Source: an uncultured Gammaproteobacteria bacterium
GTDB taxonomy: Bacteria; Patescibacteriota; Microgenomatia; 0-14-0-10-38-17
Direction of reading: 5' to 3'
Length of the DNA: 64,000 bases
Assembly (NCBI GenBank): GCA_964348895.1
Contig: CAYGEH010000001.1
Location: forward strand, 110,593 to 174,592
Below, piece after piece: positions 46,979 through 57,023 of this stretch. The position numbers were made by a program, and so were the translations under genes. Every line of letters begins with the position of its first letter. Position 1 is the first letter of the stretch. The notes under the pieces are model-generated. The model did no database searches. It had not been told where the DNA came from and saw nothing but the letters and a program-made list of their open reading frames with translations.

Positions 46979-47608
46979 TTATATTTTTCTAACCACTAAG
47001 TATCCCCCTCTTGGCCCTGGCACTGCTCCAGATAAATAAAGCTGATTCTTTTCTTTATTAATTTTAAAAACCACTAAATTTTTGAGCGTTACTTTGTCAA
47101 CACCAAAGTGTCCAGGCATTTTCTTGCCTTTATGAACTCTTCCTGGATTGGTGCCTTGGCTAATTGAGCCAGGGGCTCGAAGTCGATCTGACTGTCCGTG
47201 GGTCTGAGGTCCACCATGAAATCCCCATCTTTTTATCACTCCAGCAAAACCTCTTCCTTTAGAGGTCCCCGAAACCATCACTTTGTCTCCCTGAGCAAAA
47301 ACCTGATCTAGGGTTATTTCTTGCCCAAGCTTAAGATCATCACTAAAGTCACCTCTAATTTCAATAATTTTCTCTGGGGCAAAATTAAGCTTAGCCTTTT
47401 GGGCCTCACCAAGAGTTGGTTTCTTCTTGTATTTCCCTTTTCCTTGACCAAAAGCTATTTTTATTGCTGTGTACCCGTCAGTTTCCTCTTTTTTGAGTTG
47501 AATTATCCAGCAGGGACCAAGTTCAATAAGCGTTAGGGGGATAACTTTCCCATCTTCGGCAAAGTCTTGCTCCATTTGAATTTTTTTACCAATTAAGCCA
47601 GAAATCAT
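46979..47608 (-). CDS. rplC: 50S ribosomal protein L3
   Basis: GLIGKKIQMEQDF...GTSKGRGFAGVIKRWGFHGGP. Confidence 0.9.
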   Translation of the reverse strand: MISGLIGKKIQMEQDFAEDGKVIPLTLIELGPCWIIQLKKEETDGYTAIKIAFGQGKGKYKKKPTLGEAQKAKLNFAPEKIIEIRGDFSDDLKLGQEITLDQVFAQGDKVMVSGTSKGRGFAGVIKRWGFHGGPQTHGQSDRLRAPGSISQGTNPGRVHKGKKMPGHFGVDKVTLKNLVVFKINKEKNQLYLSGAVPGPRGGYLVVRKI

Positions 47609-47746
47609 AAAACTATCGTAACTTTATTAATAATTTATTTTTTTATCTTTCTAAAACCTTTAAAAACATTATCCATTCACCCTAAAAATAACCTCTTTAA
47701 AATTAAAGTGTTTTTTTTGTTTTGAAAATAAACCTAATAATAAAAA

Positions 47747-47769
47747 AAGAGCCCACTGATGAGGCTCTT
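47747..47769 (-). terminator. putative intrinsic terminator-like hairpin between rpsJ and rplC
   Basis: aagagcc-cactgatga-ggctctt is followed on the minus strand by ttttttttatt. Confidence 0.35.
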
Positions 47770-48087
47770 CTAATACTTAAAACTGTGGGTAACTTTCCCT
47801 TAACCCATTATTTTCGGCCTTCGAAAAAAATTGACAAGCCAAACAGTCATTAAAATTGCCTCCAATTAAAAAAACACATCCTTTATTATTTAGGACAAGC
47901 TTAATTCTATCATAAGGACAAAATCTAATCAATTAGAAGAGAGCCTTGCTTTCCTTCTGAAATATTGTTTATAGAGGGAAAATTTTTCAGGCTACTCAAG
48001 AAAAATAATCTTTAATTAAAGAAATTATCAATTAAAAAAATCAAGTTTAAAACAACTGAAACTAGGATATTATTGTTTTAACAGAAG

Positions 48088-48396
48088 TTACATTTTGATC
48101 TCAATATCAACTCCAGCGGGGAGATCAAGGTGTTGCAAAGAGTCAATGGTTTTATTGGTTGGCTCGAGAATATCAACTAAGCGTTTGTGAAGAATCATTT
48201 CATAGTGGGTCTGGGCGTTCTTGTCAATATTGGGAGCTTTTAAAACGGAAAATAATTTTCTTTGCGTGGGCAGAGGAATTGGCCCCGCTACTTTAGCTCC
48301 CGTTAAAAGGGCGGTTTCAACAATTTTTGCTGCCGCCTCATCAATAACCCGATGATCATAAGCTTTTAAACGAATCCTAACTCGCAAATCAGCCAT
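48088..48396 (-). CDS. rpsJ: 30S ribosomal protein S10
   Basis: [19 protein letters not shown]...[10 protein letters not shown]. Confidence 0.9.
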   Translation of the reverse strand: MADLRVRIRLKAYDHRVIDEAAAKIVETALLTGAKVAGPIPLPTQRKLFSVLKAPNIDKNAQTHYEMILHKRLVDILEPTNKTIDSLQHLDLPAGVDIEIKM

Positions 48397-48536
48397 ATAA
48401 AAGAGCTAAAAAAAAATAATTTTTTTAATTTTTCAATTAAACCAATAAACCTCAATCAAAAAATCTGTTGTTCTTGGCTTCTTTAGAAGTTGGGGCCCAG
48501 GGAGAATTCCTTTAAGTAGTTAAATTATCAAGAAGA

Positions 48537-49736
48537 TTATTTAATTACTTTAGTTACTACTCCGGCACCAACAGTTTTGCCACCCTCACGAATAGCAAAT
48601 CGCAAACCTTCTTCAATGGCGATCGGAGTAATCAACTTTACCTTAACATTAACATTGTCTCCTGGCATTACCATTTCTGTTCCTTCAGCTAAGGTTGCCT
48701 CACCAGTAACATCAGTGGTGCCAAGATAAAACTGAGGTCGATATCCGGTGAAAAATGGAGTATGGCGACCCCCTTCTTCTTTGGTAAGAATATAAATCTC
48801 TGCTTCAAACTCGGTGTGAGGAGTAATCGACTTGGCCTTACAAAGCACTTGTCCCCGTTCAACATCTTCTTTTTCCACTCCTCGTAGCAAAATCCCAACA
48901 TTATCTCCTGCTCTGGCTTCGTCTAAGCTCTTTCTAAACATTTCAATGCCCGTAACAACAGTCTTCTTGGTATCGCGAAGCCCAACAATCTCAATTTCTT
49001 CGTTAACCTTGAGAACACCACGCTCAACTCGACCAGTAACCACTGTTCCGCGACCTTTAATAGAAAAAACATCTTCTACCGACATCAAGAAAGGCTTATC
49101 AACTTCTCTCTTTGGTTCAGTAATATTTTCATCAACAGCTTTCATTAAATCTAAAATTGGCTTAGCCCATTTCTCATCTTTCCCTGCGGTTTCTAGAGCT
49201 TTTAGGGCTGATCCTCGAATGATTGGAGTATTGTCCCCATCAAACTTATACTTGTTTAACAGTTCGCGAACCTCAACTTCAACTAAATCAATTAGTTCTT
49301 CGTCATCAACTAGATCAACTTTATTCAAGAAAACAACCACCGAGGGAACATTAACTTGGCGAGCCAATAAAATGTGCTCTCTTGTCTGTGGCATCGGACC
49401 ATCAGCGGCAGAAACAACCAAAATAGCCCCATCCATTTGGGCTGCCCCAGTAATCATATTTTTAACAAAGTCAGCGTGACCTGGACAATCTATATGAGCA
49501 TAGTGTCTTTTTTCAGTTTCATACTCAATGTGAGAAATATCAATTGTGATCCCTCTTTCTTGCTCTTCTGGGGCTTTATCAATTTGATTAAAGTCAAAAG
49601 ATTGAGTGGGATTACCAGGTTGAGCAGATAAAACCTTAGTAATCGCTGCGGTTAGCGTAGTTTTACCATGATCAACGTGACCAATGGTACCAATATTTAA
49701 ATGGGGTTTTGTTCGTTCAAATTTCTGTTCGGCCAT
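48537..49736 (-). CDS. tuf: elongation factor Tu
   Basis: [21 protein letters not shown] and a full EF-Tu length of 399 aa. Confidence 0.95.
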   Translation of the reverse strand: MAEQKFERTKPHLNIGTIGHVDHGKTTLTAAITKVLSAQPGNPTQSFDFNQIDKAPEEQERGITIDISHIEYETEKRHYAHIDCPGHADFVKNMITGAAQMDGAILVVSAADGPMPQTREHILLARQVNVPSVVVFLNKVDLVDDEELIDLVEVEVRELLNKYKFDGDNTPIIRGSALKALETAGKDEKWAKPILDLMKAVDENITEPKREVDKPFLMSVEDVFSIKGRGTVVTGRVERGVLKVNEEIEIVGLRDTKKTVVTGIEMFRKSLDEARAGDNVGILLRGVEKEDVERGQVLCKAKSITPHTEFEAEIYILTKEEGGRHTPFFTGYRPQFYLGTTDVTGEATLAEGTEMVMPGDNVNVKVKLITPIAIEEGLRFAIREGGKTVGAGVVTKVIK

Positions 49737-49881
49737 ATGTTTATTTTAATCCTTATTTAGCAAATTAAAAATCTTACTTTTTAAGCTGTTTTTTAATATA
49801 TCAGACTCTTTTTCTTTTTGCAAGAGGAAAATACACTTTAATTTTTTCTGGCAAAATCTTGCTTACTAGCCAAAAATTGGC

Positions 49882-51996
49882 TTAATTTTCTTTTTCTTCT
49901 CCTCTTATTTTAGCGACCAAATCTTCTTGAACATTTCTTGGTAACTCCTGATAATGAGAAGGTTCCATATAAAAAGAGGATCTGCCTCCAGTAATGTTAC
50001 GAACGGCGGTAGCATATCCTGACAACTGGGCCAAGGGAACTTCGGCATCAATTACCCTAGTGTTGCCCCTTGCTCTGCTACCACCAACCTGCCCTCGTCG
50101 AGAAGAAATGTCGCCAATGACTTGGCCCATAAACTCTTCTGGGCAAGTAACTTCTAGTTTCATTATTGGTTCTAAAACTTTGGGTTCGGCTTTCTTGGTG
50201 GCTGCTTGTAATGCAATTGATCCGGCAATTTTAAATGCCATTTCTGAAGAGTCAACATCATGAAAAGAACCATCATAAACCACTACCTTCATATCAACCA
50301 AGGGATAGCCAGCAACAACTCCCTTTTCCATTGCTTCAACAACCCCTTTTTGAATAGCTGGAATAAATTCCGCTGGAATTCGCCCTCCCTTGATTTCAGA
50401 AACAAACTCAAACCCTTCGCCTCGCCCCTTGGGTTCAATTCTCAACAGACAGTGTCCATATTGCCCCCTTCCTCCTGACTGGCGAACATATTTTCCTTCG
50501 GCGATTTCGATAGCAGAAATTGTTTCTCGGTAAGCAATTTGTGGGCTACCAGTTCTAACTTTTAAACCAAATTCTCGGCGTAATCGCTCTACTAGAATTT
50601 CCAAATGTAATTCTCCCATACCAGAAATTAGAGTTTGACCTGTTTCTTGATTGGTTTTCACTCTAAAGGTAGGATCTTCATCAGACAATCTTCCGAGAGC
50701 TTGAGCCAATTTTTCTTGATCAGCTCTGGCTTCAGGTTCAATCGCCAAAGAAATTACTGGCTCAGGAAAAGAAATTGCCTCTAATAAAATTGGCTTATCT
50801 TTAGAACAAAGGGTGTTTCCCGTTTTGACATTATCTAGTCCAATCACCGCCACAATCTCTCCCGTAAAGGCCTCGTTAATTTCCTCTCTCTTATTGGCGT
50901 GCATTAATAATAACCGACCAATTCTTTCGCTATTTCTGGTATTGGCGTTAAAAACAGCCGATCCAGCCGAAAGAACTCCAGAATAAATCCGCAAATAAGT
51001 TAACTTACCAACATGGGGATCTGTTTGAATTTTAAAAGCAAGAGCACAGAGTGACTCTTTGTTGTCTGGCTGCTTGATGATCTCTTCTCCAGAAACAGGA
51101 TGGTGACCAATTATTGGAGGAACATCCAGAGGTGAAGGAAGAAAATCGACCACTCCATCAATAACAGGTTGAACCGCCTTGTTTCGTAATGAACTGCCAC
51201 AATACAATGGCACTACCTTGTTGGCAATGGTTGCTCGACGAATTCCCGCCATTAAATCCTGGGTGGTAATTTTTTCATCAGCTAAAAATTTTTCCATTAA
51301 AATCTCGTCTTCACCAGCAATTAATTCAGTTAACTTGGTTCGGGCCTGAGCTAGTTTTTTGACTAAATCGTCTGGAACAGGAATTTCTTTGATCTTTGCC
51401 CCCAGCTTGTCTTCTTCCCAAACATAGGCCTTTTCCTCTAAAACATGAACAATGCCCTTAAAAGACTGTTCTTTGCCAATTGGAAGAGCAATAATGGCTA
51501 GTTTTGTTGCTAACCTTTCTTCGATCATTGCCACCGAACCTTCAAAATCTGCTCCCAGTTTATCCATTTTGTTTAAAAAACAAATTCGAGGAACTTGATA
51601 GCGATCAGCCTGTCGCCAAACCGTTTCTGATTGAGCCTGGACCCCCTCTTCGGCATCAAAAACCATTACCGCTCCATCTAAAACCCTTAGAGATCGCTCT
51701 ACTTCCGCTGTAAAATCAACATGACCAGGAGTGTCAATAACATTAATGCGGTGGTTCTTCCAAAAGGTGGTTGTTGCCGCTGATTGAATAGTAATTCCCC
51801 GTTCTTTTTCCTGATCCATCCAGTCCATTTGGGTGTCTCCCTCATCAATATCGCCAATTTTATAGGTTTTACCAGTGTAGTAAAGAATTCGTTCAGTGGT
51901 GGTCGTTTTTCCGGCATCAATGTGAGCAATAATACCAATATTTCTAATCTGGCCCAAAGAAGTCTCGCGATCATCTATTTTCGTGGTTTGATTCAT
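49882..51996 (-). CDS. fusA: elongation factor G
   Basis: AHIDAGKTTTTE, DTPGHVDF, NKMD; 704 aa. Confidence 0.95.
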   Translation of the reverse strand: MNQTTKIDDRETSLGQIRNIGIIAHIDAGKTTTTERILYYTGKTYKIGDIDEGDTQMDWMDQEKERGITIQSAATTTFWKNHRINVIDTPGHVDFTAEVERSLRVLDGAVMVFDAEEGVQAQSETVWRQADRYQVPRICFLNKMDKLGADFEGSVAMIEERLATKLAIIALPIGKEQSFKGIVHVLEEKAYVWEEDKLGAKIKEIPVPDDLVKKLAQARTKLTELIAGEDEILMEKFLADEKITTQDLMAGIRRATIANKVVPLYCGSSLRNKAVQPVIDGVVDFLPSPLDVPPIIGHHPVSGEEIIKQPDNKESLCALAFKIQTDPHVGKLTYLRIYSGVLSAGSAVFNANTRNSERIGRLLLMHANKREEINEAFTGEIVAVIGLDNVKTGNTLCSKDKPILLEAISFPEPVISLAIEPEARADQEKLAQALGRLSDEDPTFRVKTNQETGQTLISGMGELHLEILVERLRREFGLKVRTGSPQIAYRETISAIEIAEGKYVRQSGGRGQYGHCLLRIEPKGRGEGFEFVSEIKGGRIPAEFIPAIQKGVVEAMEKGVVAGYPLVDMKVVVYDGSFHDVDSSEMAFKIAGSIALQAATKKAEPKVLEPIMKLEVTCPEEFMGQVIGDISSRRGQVGGSRARGNTRVIDAEVPLAQLSGYATAVRNITGGRSSFYMEPSHYQELPRNVQEDLVAKIRGEEKEN

Positions 51997-52129
51997 TTTT
52001 TTTAGTTAAAAATATTAATAAAGTCTAAAAACGCTAGCTATAACATCAACTTGAAGAACTTTTTAAAGTTTTTAAAGTTTTTGTGAGTTTATTTAAAACT
52101 TATGGGTTTTTAGAATCCTAAATGGTTTT

Positions 52130-52606
52130 TTACCACTTAAAGTGGCTGAAAGCCTTGTTGGCTTCGGCCATTTTACGAGTATCTTCTTTTTTCTTAATTG
52201 CCAAGCCTTCATTTCTAATAGCATCAACTAGTTCTGCCGCCAACTTTTCAGCAAAAGTGTGATATTCTTTGTTGGGTCGAGTCCTGGCTGCATCAATCAA
52301 CCAGCGAATTGCTAAAGAAATTTGTCGACGAACCGAGACTGGCACTGGAATTTGATAGGCTGCTCCACCAATTCTGCGTGGGCGGACTTCCATTTGAGGT
52401 TTAATATTATCAATTGCTGCCTCTAGAGTTGCTAAGGGTTCTTTTTCAACCTTCTTGCCGGCCTCTTCAAGCGCCCAATAAACATGTTTCTGGGCTATAG
52501 TTTTTTTGCCCGAAAGCATTGCTTGATTGATCACCTTGGCAACTAAAAGACTGTCAAATTTTGGATCAGCCTTGATGGTTCTTATTTTTGCTTTTTTTCC
52601 TCGCAT
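52130..52606 (-). CDS. rpsG: 30S ribosomal protein S7
   Basis: DPKFDSLLVAKVIN...MVDAIRNE-type S7 motifs. Confidence 0.9.
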   Translation of the reverse strand: MRGKKAKIRTIKADPKFDSLLVAKVINQAMLSGKKTIAQKHVYWALEEAGKKVEKEPLATLEAAIDNIKPQMEVRPRRIGGAAYQIPVPVSVRRQISLAIRWLIDAARTRPNKEYHTFAEKLAAELVDAIRNEGLAIKKKEDTRKMAEANKAFSHFKW

Positions 52607-52630
52607 TTTAGTAAGTTAAAAATTAATTAA

Positions 52631-53047
52631 TTATTTTTCTTGTGGCATTTTTGCCCCATATTTGCTTCGAGAAGTTTTCCGATCAACTACACCCTCAACA
52701 TCATATTTGCCCCGAACAATATGATATTTTATTCCTGGGAGGTCTTTGACTCGACCACCTCGAATTAAAATTCGGGCATGCTCAACAATATTGTGTCCTT
52801 CACCAGGAATATAGGCAGTAATTTCCTGCCCATTAGACAGTCTGACTCGGGCCACCTTTCTTAAAGCCGAGTTTGGTCTCCTTGGGGTGATTGTTTTTGT
52901 TTGTAAAACCACGCCTCGTTTTTGAGGATTAATTGTTTTTGCCATTCGTCTTTTGGCAGCATTAAAAGAACCACGCAAAGCCGTAGTTTTAATCGTTTTC
53001 TTTTTTTGCCGCCGGTTTTTTTTAACTAATTGTGAAATAGTAGGCAT
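52631..53047 (-). CDS. rpsL: 30S ribosomal protein S12
   Basis: [14 protein letters not shown]...[16 protein letters not shown]...PGEGHN. Confidence 0.95.
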   Translation of the reverse strand: MPTISQLVKKNRRQKKKTIKTTALRGSFNAAKRRMAKTINPQKRGVVLQTKTITPRRPNSALRKVARVRLSNGQEITAYIPGEGHNIVEHARILIRGGRVKDLPGIKYHIVRGKYDVEGVVDRKTSRSKYGAKMPQEK

Positions 53048-53175
53048 ATTAAAAAATCAAAAAAATATTAATAAAAATAATTTCAATTTAATAAATTATT
53101 TAAAATGTGTCTTTGTTTAAAGAATTAAGCGCAAAAAAATTAATCTTGATCGTCAATTATTATATCACCCCAAGC

Positions 53176-56100
53176 TTAAAAGTCTAACCAATCCTCGTTA
53201 ATTTTGGCTCTTTCTGCAGTAACAGGAATTAAACGACCAATAATGACATTTTCCTTAAGGCCGATTAGAGGATCAATCTTGCCCTTAAGAGAAGAGTCGG
53301 TTAAAACATTGGTTGTTGTTTGAAAAGAAGCAGCCGACAACCAAGAGTTAGTTGTTAGGGCAGTCCTGCTAATACCCAAAAGGGTTCTTTTTCCTCTGGC
53401 TATTCTCCCGCCATTGTTCCGAGCCTTTCTGTTTTCAGCTCGAAAAACTTCCCAATCAACCCCGCTGTCAATAATCATATCGGTATCGCCAGCGGAAAGA
53501 ACCTGAACTTTACTGGACATTTTCCGAATAATAACCTCAAAGTGGCGATCGTTAATTCCAATCCCTTGAGATTCATAAACAGCCTGAATTTCAGCCAAAA
53601 GATAATTCTGGGCCGCTTCTCGACCCTTAACCCTCAAAACATCCTCAATGTCAAGGGCGCCACTGGCCAATTGTGTTCCCACCAAAACGTCTTCTCCCTT
53701 TTTAACTCTTAATTCTAATATCGCTGGAACATAGTATTCGCGACTTTCGCTATCATTTGTTATTACCACCAAATAACCACCCTCTCGATCTTTAATTGTT
53801 ACCTTGCCATTAATTTCTGCAATCGGCGACATAGATTTGGGCATTCTTATCTCAAAAAGCTCTTCTACTCGTGGTAGCCCTTGGGTAACATCAATTCCAA
53901 TTACACCCCCTGAGTGCTTGGTTCTCATTGTTAATTGAGTTCCTGGCTCGCCAATAGATTGGGCCGCCAAAATTCCAACTGGAGTTCCAAGAGTGGCTAG
54001 GCGACGACTAGAAAAATCCCAACCATAGCAATTAATACAAACACCATATGGTGTTTGACAGGTTAGGGCTGAGCGAACCACAACTTGATCAATGTTTTCT
54101 TTATTAAAAAGAGACACCTTTTCTTCGTTAATCGTTTCGCCTCGTTTTAATAAAACTTTATTACCCCTTTTGACTGCTTCGGCCAAAACTCGGCCCAAGA
54201 TTCTCGAGTCAAACTTCTCGCCCCTAGTTCCTTGACGACTAACAACAATACCTTTCTTTGTTCCACAGTCTTCTTCCCGAACCAACATGTCGTGAGTGGC
54301 GTCAACCAACCTTCTCGTTAAATAACCAGCGTCTGCCGTTTTAAGAGCCGTATCTGTTAATCCTTTTCTAGACCCTCGAGCCGAGGTAATATATTCAAAA
54401 CCAGACAAACCTTCTCGAAAATTAGACTTAGTCGGCATTGGCACAATGTTTCCCGTTGGATCAACCAAGAGTCCTCGCATTGCCGAAAGCTGCTTTACTT
54501 GATCTCGAGAGGCCCGAGAAACCTTAGCATCGATAATTAATCTCACTGAAGAGGTTTCATCGAATAATTCCCAAGTTTTGTCAGCCAATTCTTCTGTAGT
54601 TTCAATCCAAATTTGCTGAATAAGTCTTTCCTTTTCTTTTTTGGTAATTAATCCTTGCTCGAAGCTTTGGTCTACTCCCAAAACTCTTTTTTCTGCTTGA
54701 GCGATAACTTCTTTTTTATTTGGATAAAGCAAAATATCGTTCACCCCTACCGATAAACCAGAAACTGTTCCCGCCCAAAAGCCCAAATCTTTTACTCGAT
54801 CAATTGTTTCGACCACCGTATTTGTGTCTTTTTCACCAAGAAGACGATCGAAAATGTTCTTTAAAACACCAGAATCAATGTTTTCATTAACAAAACCAAT
54901 GCTCTCAGGCAAGATCTGATTAAAAATAATTCTGCCAATGCTGGTGGTGATTCTTTGGCCTTCTTGCCAAATAATTACTGGTTGACGTAAACCTAACAAA
55001 CCTCGCTGATAAACCAGAAGTGCTTCTTCTGTATCTAAAACACTCTCATAAGCCTTGGCCTGAGGATCAATTGTAGTAAGATAATAAATTCCCAAGGCCA
55101 TTTCTTTCCTGCTAGGAATAGAAATTGGAGAGCCATCAGCTGGTTTCAATAAATTACTAGCTGGCGTCATTTTTTGAGCAGCTTCTTTTTGAGCATCTTC
55201 TGATAATGGCAAATGGGCCGCCATTTGGTCTCCATCAAAATCAGCATTAAAGCCAGAGCAAACACAGGGGTGGAGCTGAATTGCTAAACCATCAACTAAA
55301 ACTGGATAAAAAGCCTGGATTGAGAGCTTATGAAGAGTAGGGGCTCTGTTTAATAAAATTACTTTATTTTCTACTACCTTAGCTAAAGCGTCATAAACCT
55401 CTGAAGAACGCTGGTCTAGAACAACTTTAGCGGAACGAATGTTGGGCGCCAAACCCTGAATAATCATTTCATGTAAAACATAGGGCTTAAACATTTCCAA
55501 GGCAATTTCCTTAGGAAGTCCACATTGGTCAAGCTTTAGTTTTGGCCCAACAATAATAACCGAGCGTCCCGAATAATCAACTCTTTTCCCCAATAAGTTT
55601 TGTCGAAAACGACCCTTCTTTCCTTTTAACATCTCTGACAAGGATCTTAGTTCTCGGTAAGAGGAGGCTTGGCGACGACGAACCTGAGAAGAATCAATCA
55701 AATTGTCAACTGCTTCTTGAAGCATCCTCTTTTCGTTACGTAAAATAATTTCTGGGGCCCCAATATCCATTAAATTGCTAAGCCTGTTGTTTCGATTAAT
55801 AACCCGACGATAAAGGTCGTTAAGGTCTGAAGTGGCAAATTTACCACCAATTAATTGAACCATTGGTCTTAAATCAGGGGGCAAAACAGGCAAAATATTT
55901 AATATCATCCAGACTGGATCAATATTTGCCTCAACGAGATCACTAATTAGCGCAATGCGCTGATAAAGTTTCTTCAGTTTAGTTTTACTACGAGTTTGTT
56001 CGGCTTCTTTTCTAAGGTCTTTTAGGGTTTCTTTTAAGTTTAATTTTTTTATTGCTTCCACCAGAGCCTCAGAACCCATTCGGGCGGTAAAGAAGTCGCC

Positions 56101-56889
56101 AGCCTGATGATCGTTTAGGGTAAAATGCTCGTCTTCGGAAAGAAAGTCTAAAAAGGACATTGTTTTAACCTTTTTTTCTAGAAATTGATACAACTGATTA
56201 ACGGTTTTTTCTTGTTTTTCCTGTTCTAACTGAACTTGTTGAATTTGTCTTTTCGTTCTTAACTCTAACTCTGCTAGAGCTAGTTCTTGGGCCTCTTTAT
56301 CTTTGAGGCGTTTTTTGATCTCTATTTCTTCTTTTTGGGAAGCAATTTTTATTTCTTTGCCTTTCTGTTTTTGAGATAGTTGAGTTTTCTCAATTTCGCT
56401 TTTATAATCCCGCCCTAGGTTAGCTAAAACCGTTTTCCTTTTTTGTTCGTTAATTTCAATAATCAAATAATTAGTAAAATAAATTACTCTTTGCAAATAT
56501 TTATTAGAAACACCAAATAAAATAGAAAGAGGCGAAACGGAGCCCTTAAAATACCAAACATGGGCACTGGGGGCGGCCAAACCAATATGACCCATTCGTT
56601 CTCGTCGAACCCGAGATCTAGTTACCTCAACTCCACACTTGTCACAAATCACTCCATCATAGCGGCGGTGTTTATATTTTCCACAATAACACTCCCAGTC
56701 GCGAGTCGGTCCAAAAATTCTCTCACAAAACAAGCCGTCTTTTTCTGGCTTTAGGGTGCGATAGTTAATAGTTTCTGATTTAGTTATTTCACCGTGAGAC
56801 CAGGAACGAATTTCTTCTGGTGAAGCTAGCTTTACCTTTAAGGCCTCAAAGTCAGTGACTTGATTATGAAAATCGCGTTTGTCAGTCAT
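53176..56889 (-). CDS. rpoC: DNA-directed RNA polymerase subunit beta'
   Basis: Zn finger CYCGKYKHRRYDGVICDKCGVEV, NADFDGDQMA catalytic motif; 1237 aa. Confidence 0.95.
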   Translation of the reverse strand: MTDKRDFHNQVTDFEALKVKLASPEEIRSWSHGEITKSETINYRTLKPEKDGLFCERIFGPTRDWECYCGKYKHRRYDGVICDKCGVEVTRSRVRRERMGHIGLAAPSAHVWYFKGSVSPLSILFGVSNKYLQRVIYFTNYLIIEINEQKRKTVLANLGRDYKSEIEKTQLSQKQKGKEIKIASQKEEIEIKKRLKDKEAQELALAELELRTKRQIQQVQLEQEKQEKTVNQLYQFLEKKVKTMSFLDFLSEDEHFTLNDHQAGDFFTARMGSEALVEAIKKLNLKETLKDLRKEAEQTRSKTKLKKLYQRIALISDLVEANIDPVWMILNILPVLPPDLRPMVQLIGGKFATSDLNDLYRRVINRNNRLSNLMDIGAPEIILRNEKRMLQEAVDNLIDSSQVRRRQASSYRELRSLSEMLKGKKGRFRQNLLGKRVDYSGRSVIIVGPKLKLDQCGLPKEIALEMFKPYVLHEMIIQGLAPNIRSAKVVLDQRSSEVYDALAKVVENKVILLNRAPTLHKLSIQAFYPVLVDGLAIQLHPCVCSGFNADFDGDQMAAHLPLSEDAQKEAAQKMTPASNLLKPADGSPISIPSRKEMALGIYYLTTIDPQAKAYESVLDTEEALLVYQRGLLGLRQPVIIWQEGQRITTSIGRIIFNQILPESIGFVNENIDSGVLKNIFDRLLGEKDTNTVVETIDRVKDLGFWAGTVSGLSVGVNDILLYPNKKEVIAQAEKRVLGVDQSFEQGLITKKEKERLIQQIWIETTEELADKTWELFDETSSVRLIIDAKVSRASRDQVKQLSAMRGLLVDPTGNIVPMPTKSNFREGLSGFEYITSARGSRKGLTDTALKTADAGYLTRRLVDATHDMLVREEDCGTKKGIVVSRQGTRGEKFDSRILGRVLAEAVKRGNKVLLKRGETINEEKVSLFNKENIDQVVVRSALTCQTPYGVCINCYGWDFSSRRLATLGTPVGILAAQSIGEPGTQLTMRTKHSGGVIGIDVTQGLPRVEELFEIRMPKSMSPIAEINGKVTIKDREGGYLVVITNDSESREYYVPAILELRVKKGEDVLVGTQLASGALDIEDVLRVKGREAAQNYLLAEIQAVYESQGIGINDRHFEVIIRKMSSKVQVLSAGDTDMIIDSGVDWEVFRAENRKARNNGGRIARGKRTLLGISRTALTTNSWLSAASFQTTTNVLTDSSLKGKIDPLIGLKENVIIGRLIPVTAERAKINEDWLDF

Positions 56890-57023
56890 AAATTTTTATT
56901 TTTTCAAAAATTTTAAGTTTTAAAGTTAAAAACCAGAGCTTAATTTTAAATTAAAACTCTTAGCAGTGCAAGCTATTGTTTTTTTATCATTCATGTTTGT
57001 TTTTTTAAATTAAGATAAAAAGG

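Noticed and set aside
48689-51974. Antisense or overlapping ORFs inside tuf, fusA, rpoC and rpoB (e.g. 48832..49479+, 49994..50263+, 51699..51974-, 57213..57464+, 57991..58272+)
   Set aside because: They lie within highly conserved essential genes whose own frames give full-length canonical proteins. They are spurious.
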